A DNA stretch of 64,000 nt from Dicyema japonicum (GCA_011109175.1 RDEW01000028.1:463000-526999), one strand, 5' to 3'; positions 1 through 13,650 are shown, counted from the stretch's first letter. Program-made: numbers and translations. Notes: a model not told the origin generated them from the sequence alone.

Positions 1-610
1 AATGGTCGAACAGAAATTAAATGTCAACGTCCACAAAAAAGTCATCGACTTGTCTTTTTATATCGAATAGAAAGCTATCAAGTGATTCCGCCGAACTATT
101 TTTGAATAGTAAACTAATTCCACCAAAAAAAAGCTAAGATTCTAGGAGTAAAATTTGACACTATAATGACCTTCAGCAGACATATGTTAAACGTCGGCAC
201 GAAAGCTTAATTTCGTGAAGGTGCTCGTCTCAAAATTTAAAAGATCCCCAAACCGGTCATTATCAACGTTATACACTCAATTCATCGAACCAACTATAAT
301 TTATGGATGTGCAGCTTGGGGAACAAAAATTGCCAAAACACACATGGATAAGATCAACTCCGCCGAATCCAATATGACCAAAATAATCTCCCGAATCACA
401 AGACTACCAATAAGGGCAACCCATTTAAGGTCCTTGTGAGGAATTCCGGCGGCATATTTACCCAAAATATAAAACCGCTAGAAGAACGGTTTTATCAAAA
501 ATGTGTCGGTTTCCAAGAGCAACATAGGGAAAAGATGAGAATATTGCTGAGAGCGTTTTTCTTTTAATTAGTGTTTACCTGGTTATTTTTGGCTTATTAA
601 CAACAATAAT
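1..610 (+). mobile_element. 3' fragment of an APE-type LINE (degraded RT thumb region)
   Basis: KILGVKFD-like stretch followed by ORF 215-439 LYTQFIEPTIIYGCAAWG, typical of the LINE ORF2 C-terminus; stops and frameshifts present. Confidence 0.75.
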
Positions 611-1047
611 CCAATTCACACTGTCATAGAAGTAGAGACCTTTCAACATCACAGTCCATCTAGATACAGAGAAAAAGGAAGAAAACATCTTATTCTCGCA
701 GTTATGAAACCCCTCCAGTGGAGTAGAAGAGTGAAGTGATCCTTTTCCGTGTCACGGTGGCATTGTGCGCTACTCTCACGGTTAAGAATTCCCAGTTTAT
801 CTCTTAGTCTCCTTCTCATCGTCGTTCGTAAATCCAGTTCATCTCTGTATCCATTAAGAATACTCTCTGCTGTTTTCATAATCGTAGCAGTCTGTATATA
901 GGCTTTCATAGGATAATCCAGCTTCAAGACTACTAAATGGTGTTTATAGTAATTGCTGACGATTTCATCCCAAGTCAAAACTACTAGGAATATATACACT
1001 TTTGTTGTGTCTACACGTATTTCTACAATTTTTTTTGAATTTTTTTT

Positions 1048-1195
1048 CGGATCAACGAGAAGGGTTATGGCTAAGACAAAAGATTGGAATAGCCATACTC
1101 CGAGGGAACTCGTTCGCAATCCACGCAGCAGGCTTCCTCAACTGACATTTGTTTAATTGTTAAAAAAAATTTTTGTTAAAAAAAATTAAAGATTT
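1048..1195 (+). mobile_element. short 3' end of CRE-like subfamily D
   Basis: Encodes DQREGLWLRQKIGIAILRGNSFAIHAAG* plus an A-rich tail; near-identical to 25681-25800 and to the reverse complements at 24170-24310 and 60490-60620. Confidence 0.85.
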
Positions 1196-2639
1196 TATTA
1201 AATCAAATAAAAAAGGACAAAACATCTCTACAAATTTGTTAAAAATTACTAATTGTATTTTTTGATTTTTATTCCAAACAGATGGCTTGTGATACTCTTG
1301 TCAAGAGGATTCTGCACTCCCTCCCCGAATTCTCTATTGACCATGATGTCGGTCATACACGTGAGGCCTGTAGCCGTACCGATTCCACAAGATACAATTT
1401 ATTATTGTTTTTAAATTTGTTAAAATATAGTCAATAAATGAAACAATTTAAATATCATGCTATCGATGTAAACGCCTAGTGCTCCGCCAAACACGTGGAA
1501 GCACGCTCCGTGTAGGACAGTATCGTTGTTCTGGGAATGTCCGTATATAAGGGCTAGTGTAAAATTTAAGCATATTGACGTCTTCTGACCACATTGAACG
1601 CTCATAACCGCGGCCTGTCAATTTGACGCCATTGACAGAAATCTAGTGCTTTTCTCTGATGGTCTCATTTTAATGACGGGGGAAAAGCGTCTATGTTAAT
1701 GTCGACTATATAACAACCCTTTGTTTGGGTCGCATGTTGACATGCCTTTTCTACACAGTACCACATATCTCATCTAAAAAGGCTGATTCTGTGTATCATA
1801 AGAATCTAGAGTTTCTTCTCACGATGGCAATAGATCAACCAAGAAGCTACTGAATCTCACCTAGGTCGTGGCGTTTGAGTGTAGCTAGACGTCCTAGCTT
1901 TTTGAGAAAATTAAGCGATTTCCCGCATATTCCTCCAATTGTTTCAACCACAACGCCCTGGAAAGTGAATCAGTTAGAACCGCATCGTATTTCCCCTTGG
2001 CCTTCTCAACTTTTCCGCGGAGTACAGCTTGTCTACTGTGCTCCCGACAATGTTAGGACAAAGGAAGTCGATTTACTTAGGCAGTTTCTGTTTCCTCTGT
2101 CCAGACCGACCGGTTTTAGTATGGAGTGGTATCCAGCAGGCTCCTAAGCACGCTTCACAATTCCGTTTATCACCTTATGTCTTGAAAATCATTCTGCGCT
2201 TCTTATTTTTACTTTCAGTTCTCTCTCAGAGAAGTTCCCGATGGCCGCACAAAACTTTCGTTCCAATTAAATCCTCCTGACTTCGGGAAATGTCTAGCCC
2301 AACCCCGCCGAACAAAATTAGAATCCTAAAACAATATAAATAGAAATATCTCAAAGAACGCTAAGCTCGCAGACTATTTGGCAAGATACAATATTGATAT
2401 TTTTTTAAACTTTGATCATGATCCGATCATCATTGATATTAGTATATTTCCATCGCGTAAAACCATCAGAAGGGATATTTTTAAGGCAGAAATTACATCA
2501 AAACAAAATGAGATATTTTTAAGGCAGAAATATTAGGTCATTGAAAGACTTTTCTGTGGATAACTTTATTTCTTGGAATATTAATACTAGTTTTCTTATT
2601 TATAAGGGTGACGTAATTGTGATGGGTACATCCCTAAAT

Positions 2640-3400
2640 CTGAAGGAAGAATCTGGGAGCATTTGGACCAGATTGAGCAATGGTGCAGCATGAGAGGGTT
2701 AAAGTTCTCTGCTTAAAATTCAGGTGCACTCCGAATAAGCAGTGGGAAAAAGCACCTGAAACGGGAATACGCAGTGGGAGTAAACAATGCACGCAGTCTT
2801 CGGTATCTGGGGGCGACTATGGACACGCAGGAGATTACATGGACGACATAAGGGAGAGGGAGAAGAGAGCTTTTCAGTCATTCCTATATACACGGAAGTT
2901 ACACATTAGGCGTGACACCTAACTGTTCATCTTCAAAGGAGTTATTCTCCCTAGCCTACTTTATGGGTGCGAGGGATTCTTCTGTTTGAATAGGGAGATT
3001 TTATTCATCCTAAATAAAACAAGGAGAGCAGTAATTAAGTTCTTTTTAAACAAGAAACTGAGAGACTGTCTGAGCGAGGAAGAAGACAAACTGCTAGTAC
3101 CAATTAGCAAAACTGTGGAGGATCGGATTAACGGTTTCAGGAGATCAAAGATTCAGGACACATACATAAAACAGGGAGAAACGTTTTGAGAAAATTTAAA
3201 AAGAAGGAAGAGTCCAGGTGTGGAGACCAAACCTTATGGTAGGACTCAGATGTAATACCCGCCAGAAAACTCCATAACTCTATAGTTAATAAATCGTTAT
3301 TGTTGTCTGTCTTTTTCAACTCCGTTATATTGTGGCTGACAAGAAATTAATTCCCAAAAGATTCAGACGCTTAGAAGATAGAAACATTATTATTATTGGT
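2640..3400 (+). mobile_element. degraded LINE ORF2 C-terminal fragment
   Basis: Reads LFIFKGVILPSLLYGCEG around 2925-2975, an RT-thumb motif; frames are broken. Confidence 0.55.
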
Positions 3401-4553
3401 ACCACTGAAAACACATAAAAAACAAAAAATCAATTAAGGTTCCCTTGTGCCGCACCAACCACCTTTCGTACCAGTCTCATCCAAGGTCCCTTCTTTTTTG
3501 CAAGTTCTCTTAGTTCATTGAGATCGTCGGCTGTTTTTAGTTTTCTTCTGATGCCTTTAACTCTTCATTTAACATAGATTGTAGAGTTGTCATGTGCCTT
3601 CTTTCTAATAATCTTCCTTGGCTATATGCTAACGGCGCTGCTAGCTTAATATAAAAGTCTCTGTAAATATTAGTATTCTAATAAAATAAATGAAAAAGAT
3701 ATTAACACAATTGGGTTTTAAAGAATATTAGTTTAGTAGTTGAATCAAACCATTGTTCTAGGAGTACTGGGTTAAAAGAGATAGAATATCCCATCTAACT
3801 AAGTTTTGGTTGAGTGTTTTACACAATTCTAATAATGTCTTACTCTCAGTCAGTCTATTCTGCCCCGTTTACAATTTTAATATCAGAGAACTCGCTTCGA
3901 ACACTAAACGGGAGACCTTATGCATGGATCGAGGAGAAAAGTTACACTGAGAAAGCTGGTAAAACGGATAGTGAAGAACACGTCACAAGCGGAACCCTAA
4001 GTACTCATACGGTTATGGGTAATGCAGGAGTTCATTTAACTAACTAAGTGATTCCAGACCGACAAACGAAAGGTCGAAAATGGTGGGGGTGACCAGTCTC
4101 CATAACGGGTTAGAAGTCTTTTTGTATCTCGGGTGGTTCTTGGGGAATTCTATAAATGTGTAGTAGAGGAAGCTGATTGGTTTGTTGGCCACCCTCCGAA
4201 TTTTTGCTGTCTTTAAAGTATTATTGCTTCAAGAGTCATAGACTCGAAATTAGGGCCGATGACTGTTAGCGATTTTCGGATTATAGCCAACTTGACCATC
4301 CATGAATTTAGAGAAAAACGTAAACTAATCAACATGGAAAAATAACATTTCCTATAAGAATTGCCACTAATTAACTGTCTCAGACAAGGTTAGGCGAATA
4401 AGCCAGATTAGGCAACAGCAATGCCATGAAGCAAGGTGACGTTGAATGGACACTTCCACAAACTAAAATATTATGAAGGATCTAGGGATTACGTTGCTAG
4501 AGGTGTTAATAGCGATCCTCGACAGGCAAGTGGTTTACAAAATAAACAAATCT

Positions 4554-5343
4554 TTAGTGAGGAATAACACCATTCATCAATTTATAAACACACAACTCCT
4601 TCAAAAACAGTCTCCAGTAATACTCGAGTAAATCTTGGTCATAGTAAAGAAACGTAGCTGGCATTCCATCAAGGTTAGCAATCACAAGGACACAGTCTTT
4701 AACCTGTCCAACAGTCAAAGCATTATTAAAAGCCCCAGCATAAGCAACCAATTGCAGAGGCCAGCTTTCGAATACATTAGAATAGCTCTTTAAATGCTTC
4801 TTAGATACTTTCAGCTCACATATCATGAGTTTGTCGGTATTCCTGAGAAAATAAAAACTAAGATAACCTCAACAATACTAAGCCATCAAATTTTCCGTGA
4901 TATTTTAAATTTTGGTGATTTACCGTGAAATTTTTCAAAGGAAAATCGATAATGAACTCTTTCAAAAATTCAGTACTCCGTCTAAGAGTTTCGGTGGAGT
5001 CAAACTTCTTTGATTCGTCAGCAAAAAACTCAGAATGGTACAAATTACCTAAATAAATTGCCGGATCTAAAAAGTCACACTAAAAACTTTCTTTAATAAT
5101 CAGAGGAGAGAGTGACCGTCGAAATATATTTGATAGAGAAATGGAATCTGCGGATCTATAACATGAAAGTCCATTGATTTGATCTTTTAGAATTTCACCA
5201 GTCAATGATTCTAATTTGTCATTGAAGAACTTAGTTTCTTCAATTTCTTGTATTATTTTATTATCAGCTCGTATATTTTCATAGATTGTTTTGAAATATA
5301 GATAATCATTCTGTGTACAAAGACATCGACGTAAAGAACGCAT
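4554..5343 (-). CDS. MGME1: mitochondrial genome maintenance exonuclease 1 (PD-(D/E)XK nuclease), 3 exons
   Basis: GT-AG introns at 5067-5087 (21 nt) and 4843-4867 (25 nt) join the three ORFs. The product has VNHQNLKYHGKFDG..MICELKVSKK..WPLQLVAYAGAFN, matching MGME1 (YIGLLD..VIDWKTS..PLQVVAYMGAMN). Confidence 0.8.
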
Positions 5344-5429
5344 GCAATTATCCCGCCCAAATTTATTTAAATAAATAATATTTTAAATGAATTATTAAAA
5401 GTTACCTAATTTTTTTTATTTTTCCCGAC

Positions 5430-6285
5430 ATAATTGAATATCGATTCTCCCGATTTTAGCACTACATAAACGACATGCCACAAACCTGTAATTAAAACTG
5501 CCTAATCCTCTCCTATGTCGACGATATCATTCTTGCCTCCAAGGACAGAAGCAGTCAATCAGCGACTCAATCCGCTCAACAATTACTTGACAAGCTGGAA
5601 CTATGGCTCTCGAAGCGGAGGCTCGACACATCAGCAACAAAATCCTGTCACGCTGTTTACCACTAACAAAAGACAGCTCTGTATCGAAGCCAAAAATCCT
5701 TATGAAGAAAGAGGCTATTCCTATTAACAAAACACCGAAGATTCTTGGAGTCATCGTTGATCAGGGACTCACCTTTATCCGACATGTTGAGAACATAGTA
5801 ACTTCTGCTCTGAGGAAAATGAGAATTTTAAAAGTGCTCTCAAAAACACTTAGAGACCAAACTGGGAGCCTTGCCACAGTTTATGAACAATTTATCCGAC
5901 CCACGATGAAGTATGCAAGTCCTTCGTGGGCAATGCAGATTTCACGATCCTCCTTATTGAAACTATCCGCAATCGACGAAACTGCAATGAGGTTAATTGG
6001 ACCAGAACACAAAATCCAGCCCATTGAAAATCTCTTAATCGAATTACAACGGAAACTTTTAAAGGCGGCTAGTCTACCGAGCTGCCCTCTGTTCCAGACA
6101 TTATCAAAATATCTACAATCATACAGAAAGTTTGAGTCGATGCCGTGTCTGATGAGAAGAGCTGTACAAGATTCTACGCCCGCCGAACTTGTCCTCTCTC
6201 TTATCGGTCTAGGATCACTTAGTTAGTTGAGAACGTTCATTTCTTTCTCTTTGATCAATGATCCTGGGGATAATAATAACAACAA
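5430..6285 (+). mobile_element. 5'-truncated APE-type LINE with (TAA)n tail
   Basis: LSYVDDI (YADD box), PKILGVIVDQGLTF, YEQFIRPTMKYASPSW; ends gatcctggg-ataataataacaac. Confidence 0.85.
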
Positions 6286-7269
6286 AATACTATGCCGGTC
6301 CCTTTTTCAATCGACCAATGAAAATCCTTTCTACGGAGGACATCATTACTTAGTTAAGTAACCCCGGCCTCAGTAACTTGTAGGAGACCAGAAGCTATTA
6401 AATAGGACACAGCAATTGTTGGTCGCTCCCATAGATCGGTCAGCCCGGCATTGTAGACGAACGTTGTGCTAATTCGTGACATTCAAATAGGTGATTTGTA
6501 GTCAACACGTAGAGTTGAAACAGGGACAGAGTATATCGTACGTTGGTAGAGAGGGGTGGTGCCCACATCGTAGAAGAGTCAGATTTACCAGAATGTCCCT
6601 CGGAAGAGAGAATTCTGATTGGTCTATTAGAGGAGGGGTGGTGTAGTATTTTATTATCTTCGAGTCTTCGGATGCTTCTCGTTGAAACAAAATCGTGTAT
6701 CTGTTTCAGACGACTCCGGTCATTGAGGCTGGAAGTGGTTGTCATAATAATTTTTTTGTTTTTCGGTTTGCCTAGAGAGTGGCAGGGATGGTATAGGCTA
6801 TAGGATTGGGAGAGGAACTACAGAGCTCTCTAACTAACCGAAGACATCATGGTAGACATGTTTCATATACGGCGTGGATACCACTCTTCTCTATCAACAT
6901 ACGCATGTAAACTAAATGATGCTTATATATTTCCTTTGTTCTTTTTGTGACCTTTCCTAGTTGACAGCAAATCATCATTTTGAGTGTCCTGAATTTGTAT
7001 GTTTTCCGTCTACCACGCTAGACGTAAAGTGTATATGTATGTGGGAAATCAAAATATTACGGTTTTTTCACATTGAAGAGTTTGAATTGAAGATAAAATG
7101 ATTGAGGTTTCTATAATAACTGAATAATCACAGGCTCAGCATAATTTGAATTATTTTGGCCGTGACAGGCTCAGTGACATAAAATTATTATGCGACAAGA
7201 TAATGACGGTAATCAAAATACTAAGAAGTTTCCACTGAACGATCGAATTTCTGCCAAAAATACGTAGTT

Positions 7270-7540
7270 GAATCATGCGAAAATGTGATGCTTACAATAA
7301 AGGATGAGAAAAGCCGCGAAAGAATATCAGAGCATAGAAGCTGAATTAAAAAATATGACAAATTTTTAACTGATACGCATTAAATTTTTTGGTAATCTGG
7401 GATTATCTTTGGTTTTAAAGCAAAAGGCTGAGGCAACGAATTGGGATTGCAGTTTCCGCTGAAACGCTTACTCCGTAATGTCAGCAGCCGCTCTTCCCCA
7501 TAATTAATAAATAATATTTTATTGTTAAAAATAAATGAAA
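7270..7540 (+). mobile_element. 3' fragment of CRE-like subfamily C
   Basis: ggctgaggcaacgaattgggattgcagt..cgtaatgtcagcagc matches the reverse complement of 22900-23000. Confidence 0.75.
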
Positions 7541-8127
7541 TTTAATTTCTAAAAAAAGTTAATAAATATTATAGTATTTTATTTTTGACATTGACGGATT
7601 TTTCGTCATTGTACTGCGGAACCGGATTGTCTCGACTACTCACACGCAAGCAAAAAAATAAAAGAACAACAAGAGCACCTTTGATGTCTTGGATTAATTA
7701 GCATGGCTGTCCTTTACTTCTTAAATGAAGTTTGAGTTCTGCCTAAGATGAGTATTGGAAACTACTGGAAGAGGGCGGACCTACTTCCCCACCTCTCTTC
7801 GGCAGAAGGGCTAAATTATTATTAATTGCTCGATTGGATCAGAGCGCTTAATATGATTTATCTACCTCCTGTTTTTTTAAGTGAACAGGAAAGTCACAAA
7901 CAAGAGCGCACTCTCCCAGAGATCCATCAGGTGCACTGGATGCTGCGTCTAAGGCAGACCTAAACGAGGAAGGAAATCGTCTGATTTTGTGCAAATAAGA
8001 ACGTAAACCCATATGGTGACCACCTCGGAGGCGTCAAGTGGGCACTAAGCTTCACTTCCGCCAACATTAATAAGATATAAGATGGCTGGTTTAAGTTTAG
8101 AGATCAAATTCAAGGCATTTATTAAAA

Positions 8128-9257
8128 TCAAGGTTTGTAAGGATATTTCGAATAAATATAGGTTGAAATTCCCACATAAAGCATCCCAATGAAAAACAAC
8201 AAATCAGGGTTGAATTCAAACAAAAATATTGCTCCAAATGTTGACAAAATAATAGCACATGCCGAAGCAAAGCCTTTCAAAATGTTGTCAGCATACTTCA
8301 TGACAGAAGCTATCAAGAGTCCTCCAGCTGCCTGCAAAGTTATCACCAGCCTATAATGTCATAGGACCGCTACCAGACATAAGGCGTGTATCCGTGGAAG
8401 AATCCGTATTCTATAACTTGACTGCTATCATTTTTGTTGTAAATGACAATTAATCCTCCAATAATTCCATAGAAACCCATCTTAAAATAGAAAAATAATC
8501 AACAACCTGATAGTTCCTTGACCAAAGAGAAGGATTTGATTGCTTGAGCATTTTCTCAGTGAATACACCAGAAAACCCAGAGAGAATGACAGCAATTATA
8601 ACACTGGTGATTCCATAATTCTGCATCTGAGCTCTGTTTACTTGCTCTGAGCTTGGCTAAGGAATTAAAGAATGATCAAACCTTAACATTCACAAAAATA
8701 CAGCCAGCAGTGAGAATTGCAAGGGAGGCCAATTGCATTGGGGACAATTTCTTATTTAGCATAATTACTGCGAAAACAGCAGTAGTCAGAATCTTTAATT
8801 GCATTAAAGTCTTAAATATTATAAAATAAAACCTGGAAAATGGCTACATCCAAGTTTGACACAGCAATATAAACGAGGTTGTTTTGTATTACATAGCAAA
8901 TTGATGGTATGGACATTTTCAACATATCTTTGTATTGAACAAACACGTGGTAGTGAACGTCATAAATAAGTGCTGAAAACCCTCCGTTATTGACAAAAAT
9001 AACCACCAAACATATCAAAGTCCGAAAATAAATGAAAATTACAACCTTCATGACTTCAGTGCACACAACAGCTGTTGTAGGTTCGAATATTTTTCCTTCT
9101 CTTGTTCGAACATATCTCATAAGGAGAGCTGTGAAGCTAGATTGGATGACAAGGAGGCCCAGACTTAAGTATTTCATAGAGATTTTTCCTTTTTCTTCTG
9201 AAGGTGAGTTTAGATAATACCATTTTCCAAATTTGGAAGATTCACTTTAGTAGACAT
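8128..9257 (-). CDS. SLC35A2/A3-type UDP-galactose/UDP-GlcNAc Golgi transporter
   Basis: KYLSLGLLVIQ, MSIPSICYVIQNNL, QLKILTTAVF, GFSGVFTEKMLK, SLWSRNYQ, MKYADNILKGFA. Five GT-AG introns of 22-26 nt plus an intron-like GT..GG 24-mer at 9022-9045. A2 versus A3 not resolved. Confidence 0.92.
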
Positions 9258-9862
9258 GCTTTTCCAATAAAAATATAAAGTTAAAAAGTATTGATAAAAA
9301 ATATATTTTGGTTCAAATAAAATATTAAATTTAATTTATCTATTTTATAAGGAAATGGAAATACTACATCAAATGGTGAGGGTTGAAGTGATCTTCTAGC
9401 TCTGGTTCACTATGGTTGTTATGGTACACCTTATCTTTACAGGATAGATATAACCTGCTGAGAAACGCATGTAAATTAAATGGGTGACCTTGTTCCCTGA
9501 AAATGTGACAACTCAAAACAATCGACTACCTTATCCGATCCACTACCGAACGTTTCACTGAAAACCAAGTAACCATACCTGTTCGCTTCGGCGGTCTGGA
9601 AATTTACTCCCTCACAGTTTTACTGCGCCATACATATCTCCTTGAGCTCCAGTCAGCTGTTGATCAAAATGACTCCAAGATTCCCAACAGAATTGTCAGA
9701 GATATGGAGCATCTGGAAGTCAGGCTGCAGGAGCAGTGGGAGTTTTACATGTCCATTTCCGAAAATAAATATGAGAGTTTTCTGAAGCAACCAAACCAAC
9801 TGCATGGTCAGTGGAAAGAGTGGTGCTTGAATCAATGCTCTTCCGATTGGAAGTGTTGGGAC

Positions 9863-11109
9863 CAGGGTTGATAAAAATCATGATTTTTATGAAAAAATCG
9901 ACAAAATCTGATTTTTTGATTTAAATCGAATTTTTTTGAATTAAATGATTTTTATTCGGAGACAAAGTAAAATAAAAATAAAAACAATAGAAATCGTATT
10001 TATTTAAAAGCTTGTAAACAAAGACAAGTTTGGCAGCTTTTTCAATTCCCATCCTATTTCGTACATTTGAATGTAAGAATCCAAAAGTCGAAAAAATTCG
10101 TTCTATTCCACCTGTGGAAGCAACTGCTCCAAGAATTTTTTTGCAGAGTGAAATTATTTCAGAAGTAACTGGTAAGAGTTTGACTCCCACCAAGCTATTG
10201 ATATTTTGCTCAATATATTCGGAGCGTACATCTATAGTTTAAATGGATCACCTTTTGCTCTGAAATTAATCAGAGTCGGAAGAGCATATTCATAATGTTC
10301 AGCACAATACTTCAAGGCGAGATCAATCTAGCAGTTGAAAGAGATCTCCCACTTCGTGTTGGTCCATTAGATTCGCAAAGAAGTGGAACATCCAAACCGT
10401 TGCTCGGCGGACTTTGCAGAGGCTAAAGCAACAGATTGAAGATTCTCCGCGGTGTGGCTATATCCAGAGGTGTCCATAGTGTCAATTAGATAGCTTTCTC
10501 CATCCGATGTTACAACTGACGCACAAATAACAGGTTCATTATGAATGTTGCTCACCCATCCAACATCATAGACACTGTCTTTTCCTGGAGTCTTTGCCGA
10601 CAGTCTTCATGTATTTGGTCGTACACACGATCGAGCAACGGACCACCAATTTGATGACGAGAGGGTAAACGATACCCAGGAAGAAGCATTTGGACGAATT
10701 TGACAAATTCCAGATGTTCTACAGCAGCAAAAGAGTGTTACTGGAATATATGTATCTAGCGAGTTGCATATCAATCTATTCTTTCTTCGATGGCGTCGTC
10801 GTAGAAAAGAAATTGATTAAAGACTGGTCCCTCATCCTAGGGTGGAAGTCTCTGATCAAATCACTTTCAGGTTTTCTCGGATTTTCAAGAATATCAATAT
10901 TAGTTCGACATAACAAATGATGCTTCCTCATCCAAGACCTTGTACCTCCTTCCCGCAATTACGGCATCTGGCTCGACTCCCGGTCTTTCCAGGAATAATA
11001 CGTTTATTGAAGTGAACCCACAAGGCATCACCCTTTCTTCCAGACATTAAAAAAATTTAAATGATTTTTTTGTTGATTAAAATCAAATGATTTAAATCTA
11101 ACAATCCTG
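9863..11109 (-). mobile_element. internally deleted hAT DNA transposon
   Basis: TIRs cagggttg..caatcctg and a perfect 8-bp TSD gttgggac (9855-9862, 11110-11117). Minus strand has a BED-finger-like start, a (DGW)SNIHNEPVI catalytic region and the dimerisation motif ASTGGIERIFSTFGFLHSNVRNRMG. Confidence 0.92.
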
Positions 11110-11261
11110 GTTGGGACCTACCTTTACAACGATACTATCCGCATCGGTATTTCCATCACACTTGGACTAGAGATTTAGACATAATATGTTTAGAGCCTAG
11201 GGTGTTACCGAGCCTAGGTGGTTACACTTATGGACTTAGAAAAAAATTCAAAAAAATATTC

Positions 11262-11358
11262 GGGAATTAGTGTCTATCTGACGAAAAGCGGCCGAAGGCC
11301 GGATAGGTAATTAGTGCCTATTTGAAGAAAAGCGGCCAAATGCCGCATAGGGAATTAG
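11262..11358. repeat. 44-bp tandem repeat (~2.2 copies) containing a cggcc-gaa-ggccg hairpin
   Basis: Units at 11262-11305 and 11306-11349 read directly from the sequence. Confidence 0.8.
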
Positions 11359-11879
11359 AGTGGAGGAAGTTAATGGTATTGGATTATTGGATGCTAAGTG
11401 GATCGACTTCTTTTTCCTTCTGACATCGCCGGGAGCACTGTAGATATGCTGTACTCCGCGGAAAAAGTTGAGAAGGCCAAGGAGGAAATACGAAGGGTTT
11501 CCAACAGGTTTACGTTCTGGGCTGTCGTGGTTGAGACAACTGGAGGAATAAACGATCGATCGCTTCAGTTCCTCAAGAAGCTGGGACGTCTGTACACACT
11601 CAAAAGCTATGACTTATTTCTCCAGTTGATCTCCGTTGCCATCGTGAGAGTCAATTAGACTAATTATTTAAAGTTTTGTTTAACAAAATAAACTGATGTC
11701 AATTTTGATATTCAATGTTGAGAGAATTAGCAGTGTAGTGGTATGTGAATCGCGGGAAACTTTACATGATCATATTTTTCAACTTTTCTGAGGCCTACTA
11801 TTGCAGTTGTCCAAATCGATAGAAATCACCCTCCTCTTAGAAGAGTTAATTTTTCCTTTCAAAATTAGAGTCAATCCTC

Positions 11880-13650
11880 TCTTCTCTTTCCCCTTCCAAT
11901 AAGATGCCTTCGGAACTAACTGGTTGAAAGCAAAAATGAACTTTGCATTGGAGACTGGGAATTTTTAGAAGTCCATCGTTTTGCAATCTTAAAAACCCTT
12001 TTTGGCTTGTTTCGATTTTCATGGAATTTGTTTAAGAGATAAACAGGCCCCAGGAAGCAAACACATATGAAATGCATGGTTAGACGTATTGCTTGTAGAT
12101 AGAGTTCACACTCGATGGTTTCCTGCTTTACATACTCCTGAGATGCTTGCTCCTCCATTGATCCTGCACAAGCTCGTTGAGGTCGAATAATCCCCTAATC
12201 ACTTTTATTATTATCTAACACCGAAAAGGGGAACAACAAGAAAGATGGAGTTAAACCATCTAATTAAGTGATCCCGGTAGACCTCAACAGAACCGAGAGT
12301 TTTTTGCTGTGCTCCTTCATAGTAAACACAGATTTTCTGAATCCACGACGTTCCTCTATCATGAGAATGTGGAGAGGCGTGAGCCTTTTTCCCAATTTAC
12401 GTGTATCGACGACTTATCGCTGATTGGTAGCAGTATTGAAGCCGGATCTTCAGGACAGGGTAAGTCGTTTAAGAATAAGTTAAAAGCGCTGGAGAAAAGG
12501 GCGATTTCTGAGAGGACATCATTCGGGAGGAGACGGGATCTCGATCTTGAATGGCCTACACACACGTCCCCTTCGTCCGATAAGAAAATTGGCTATCCAT
12601 CGTTTTAAAGTCGAATGAATGGAGGGTTTTAATACCTTTTTCGTTAGTAGGATTCTCGGTACTGAAAAGCACGAGTTTTTCCATGAGGCGCGATAGTGCA
12701 CACGTCAGTGATATCGGGCGGTAGGATGAAGCTGAGGCTTTCGGTTTTCCTGGTTTTATGATGGGTATGATATGTGAGTTCCTCCACTTATTAGGGATAG
12801 CGTTCGCGATTTATGAAAAAATTAAAAATTGAAATAATCGATCTGATTGCAATCTCTCCACGATGCTTTAGCAGAATTCCATGAATACCATTTGGATCAC
12901 AAATATGTGACTTCTTCATGGATCTTCTTACCTATGTAACCTCAGCATGCGTGAAAAATTCGATCCTTGAAGGTGGTTTAGGTACCAAATTACGTAGACG
13001 ACAGGAGTTAGTTTTCGAAAAGTCCTTGTGACTTATACATCATCATTAGCTTCCTTAATATCTGAAGCAGGGCGAGATTCTGATTCATTGGATATGTTTA
13101 ATCTGATTTGACGGATAGTATTCCAAAGTAGTCTCGTAGATTTCATTTGCCCAATAGATATAATCTTCGGTTCCAAAACTCTTCCTTTTTTGTTTTGTTG
13201 AGGGTCGGGATTCTCTGACTCAAACATTTTGTAATCTTCAGGTCAGATAAGGTAAGGAGTTTGTTAATCCCCAGAACGTTCCTCTCTCTTTATAAAGGAA
13301 CGAGTTTCGGAGTCGAGAGTAGTTTTATACCATTTATACACTGCTTGGGGGACAAACAGTTTTTCTGCTCGGATGATTACACTATTTCAAATGCGCAAGG
13401 ATCAAATCCCATAGGTTACGGTCAATAAATAGCTTGAAATTTGGCCAGTCAGCTTTCTTATAGTTCCTGACATACCAACCGCCGTCGGTCTTTGTTCAAG
13501 AGAGTCGGAAGTGTCGTTCTTAGCCTTCCGCGGAATCCGGCTCCTGTGTGTGCGAAGTAGTTGTCCATTGCGACATTTGCGGGACCTGGTCATTTTGAAG
13601 TAACACGTGGCCATCTTAATTTGAAAATATCATCTGACAGCACGCTGGAT
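11880..13650 (-). mobile_element. degraded LINE ORF2 fragments
   Basis: LKRWIANFLIGRRGRV and FNLFLNDLP RT motifs at 12359-12701; heavily decayed. Confidence 0.6.

Larger units (their letters stand above)
9530..11660 (+). mobile_element. degraded CRE-like fragment split by a hAT insertion
   Basis: PVRFGGLE at ~9580. Removing 9863-11117 restores INALPIGSVGTYLYNDTIRIGISITLGL; ORF 11398-11658 carries the RLE end (VVETTGG..ISVAIVRVN). Confidence 0.75.

Noticed and set aside
649-1119. 156-aa ORF and similar antisense ORFs (20093, 21495, 53946, 55231)
   Set aside because: Antisense shadows of retrotransposon sequence with no independent motifs
1300-1800. Merlin/ISXO2-like transposase relic (also 48830-49300)
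   Set aside because: Only faint motifs (WYC..C, VFGG) and no TIRs; too weak to call
11277-11310. ctgacga plus hairpin as a hammerhead ribozyme
   Set aside because: No GAAA after stem II, no stems I/III, and the second repeat unit lacks the core
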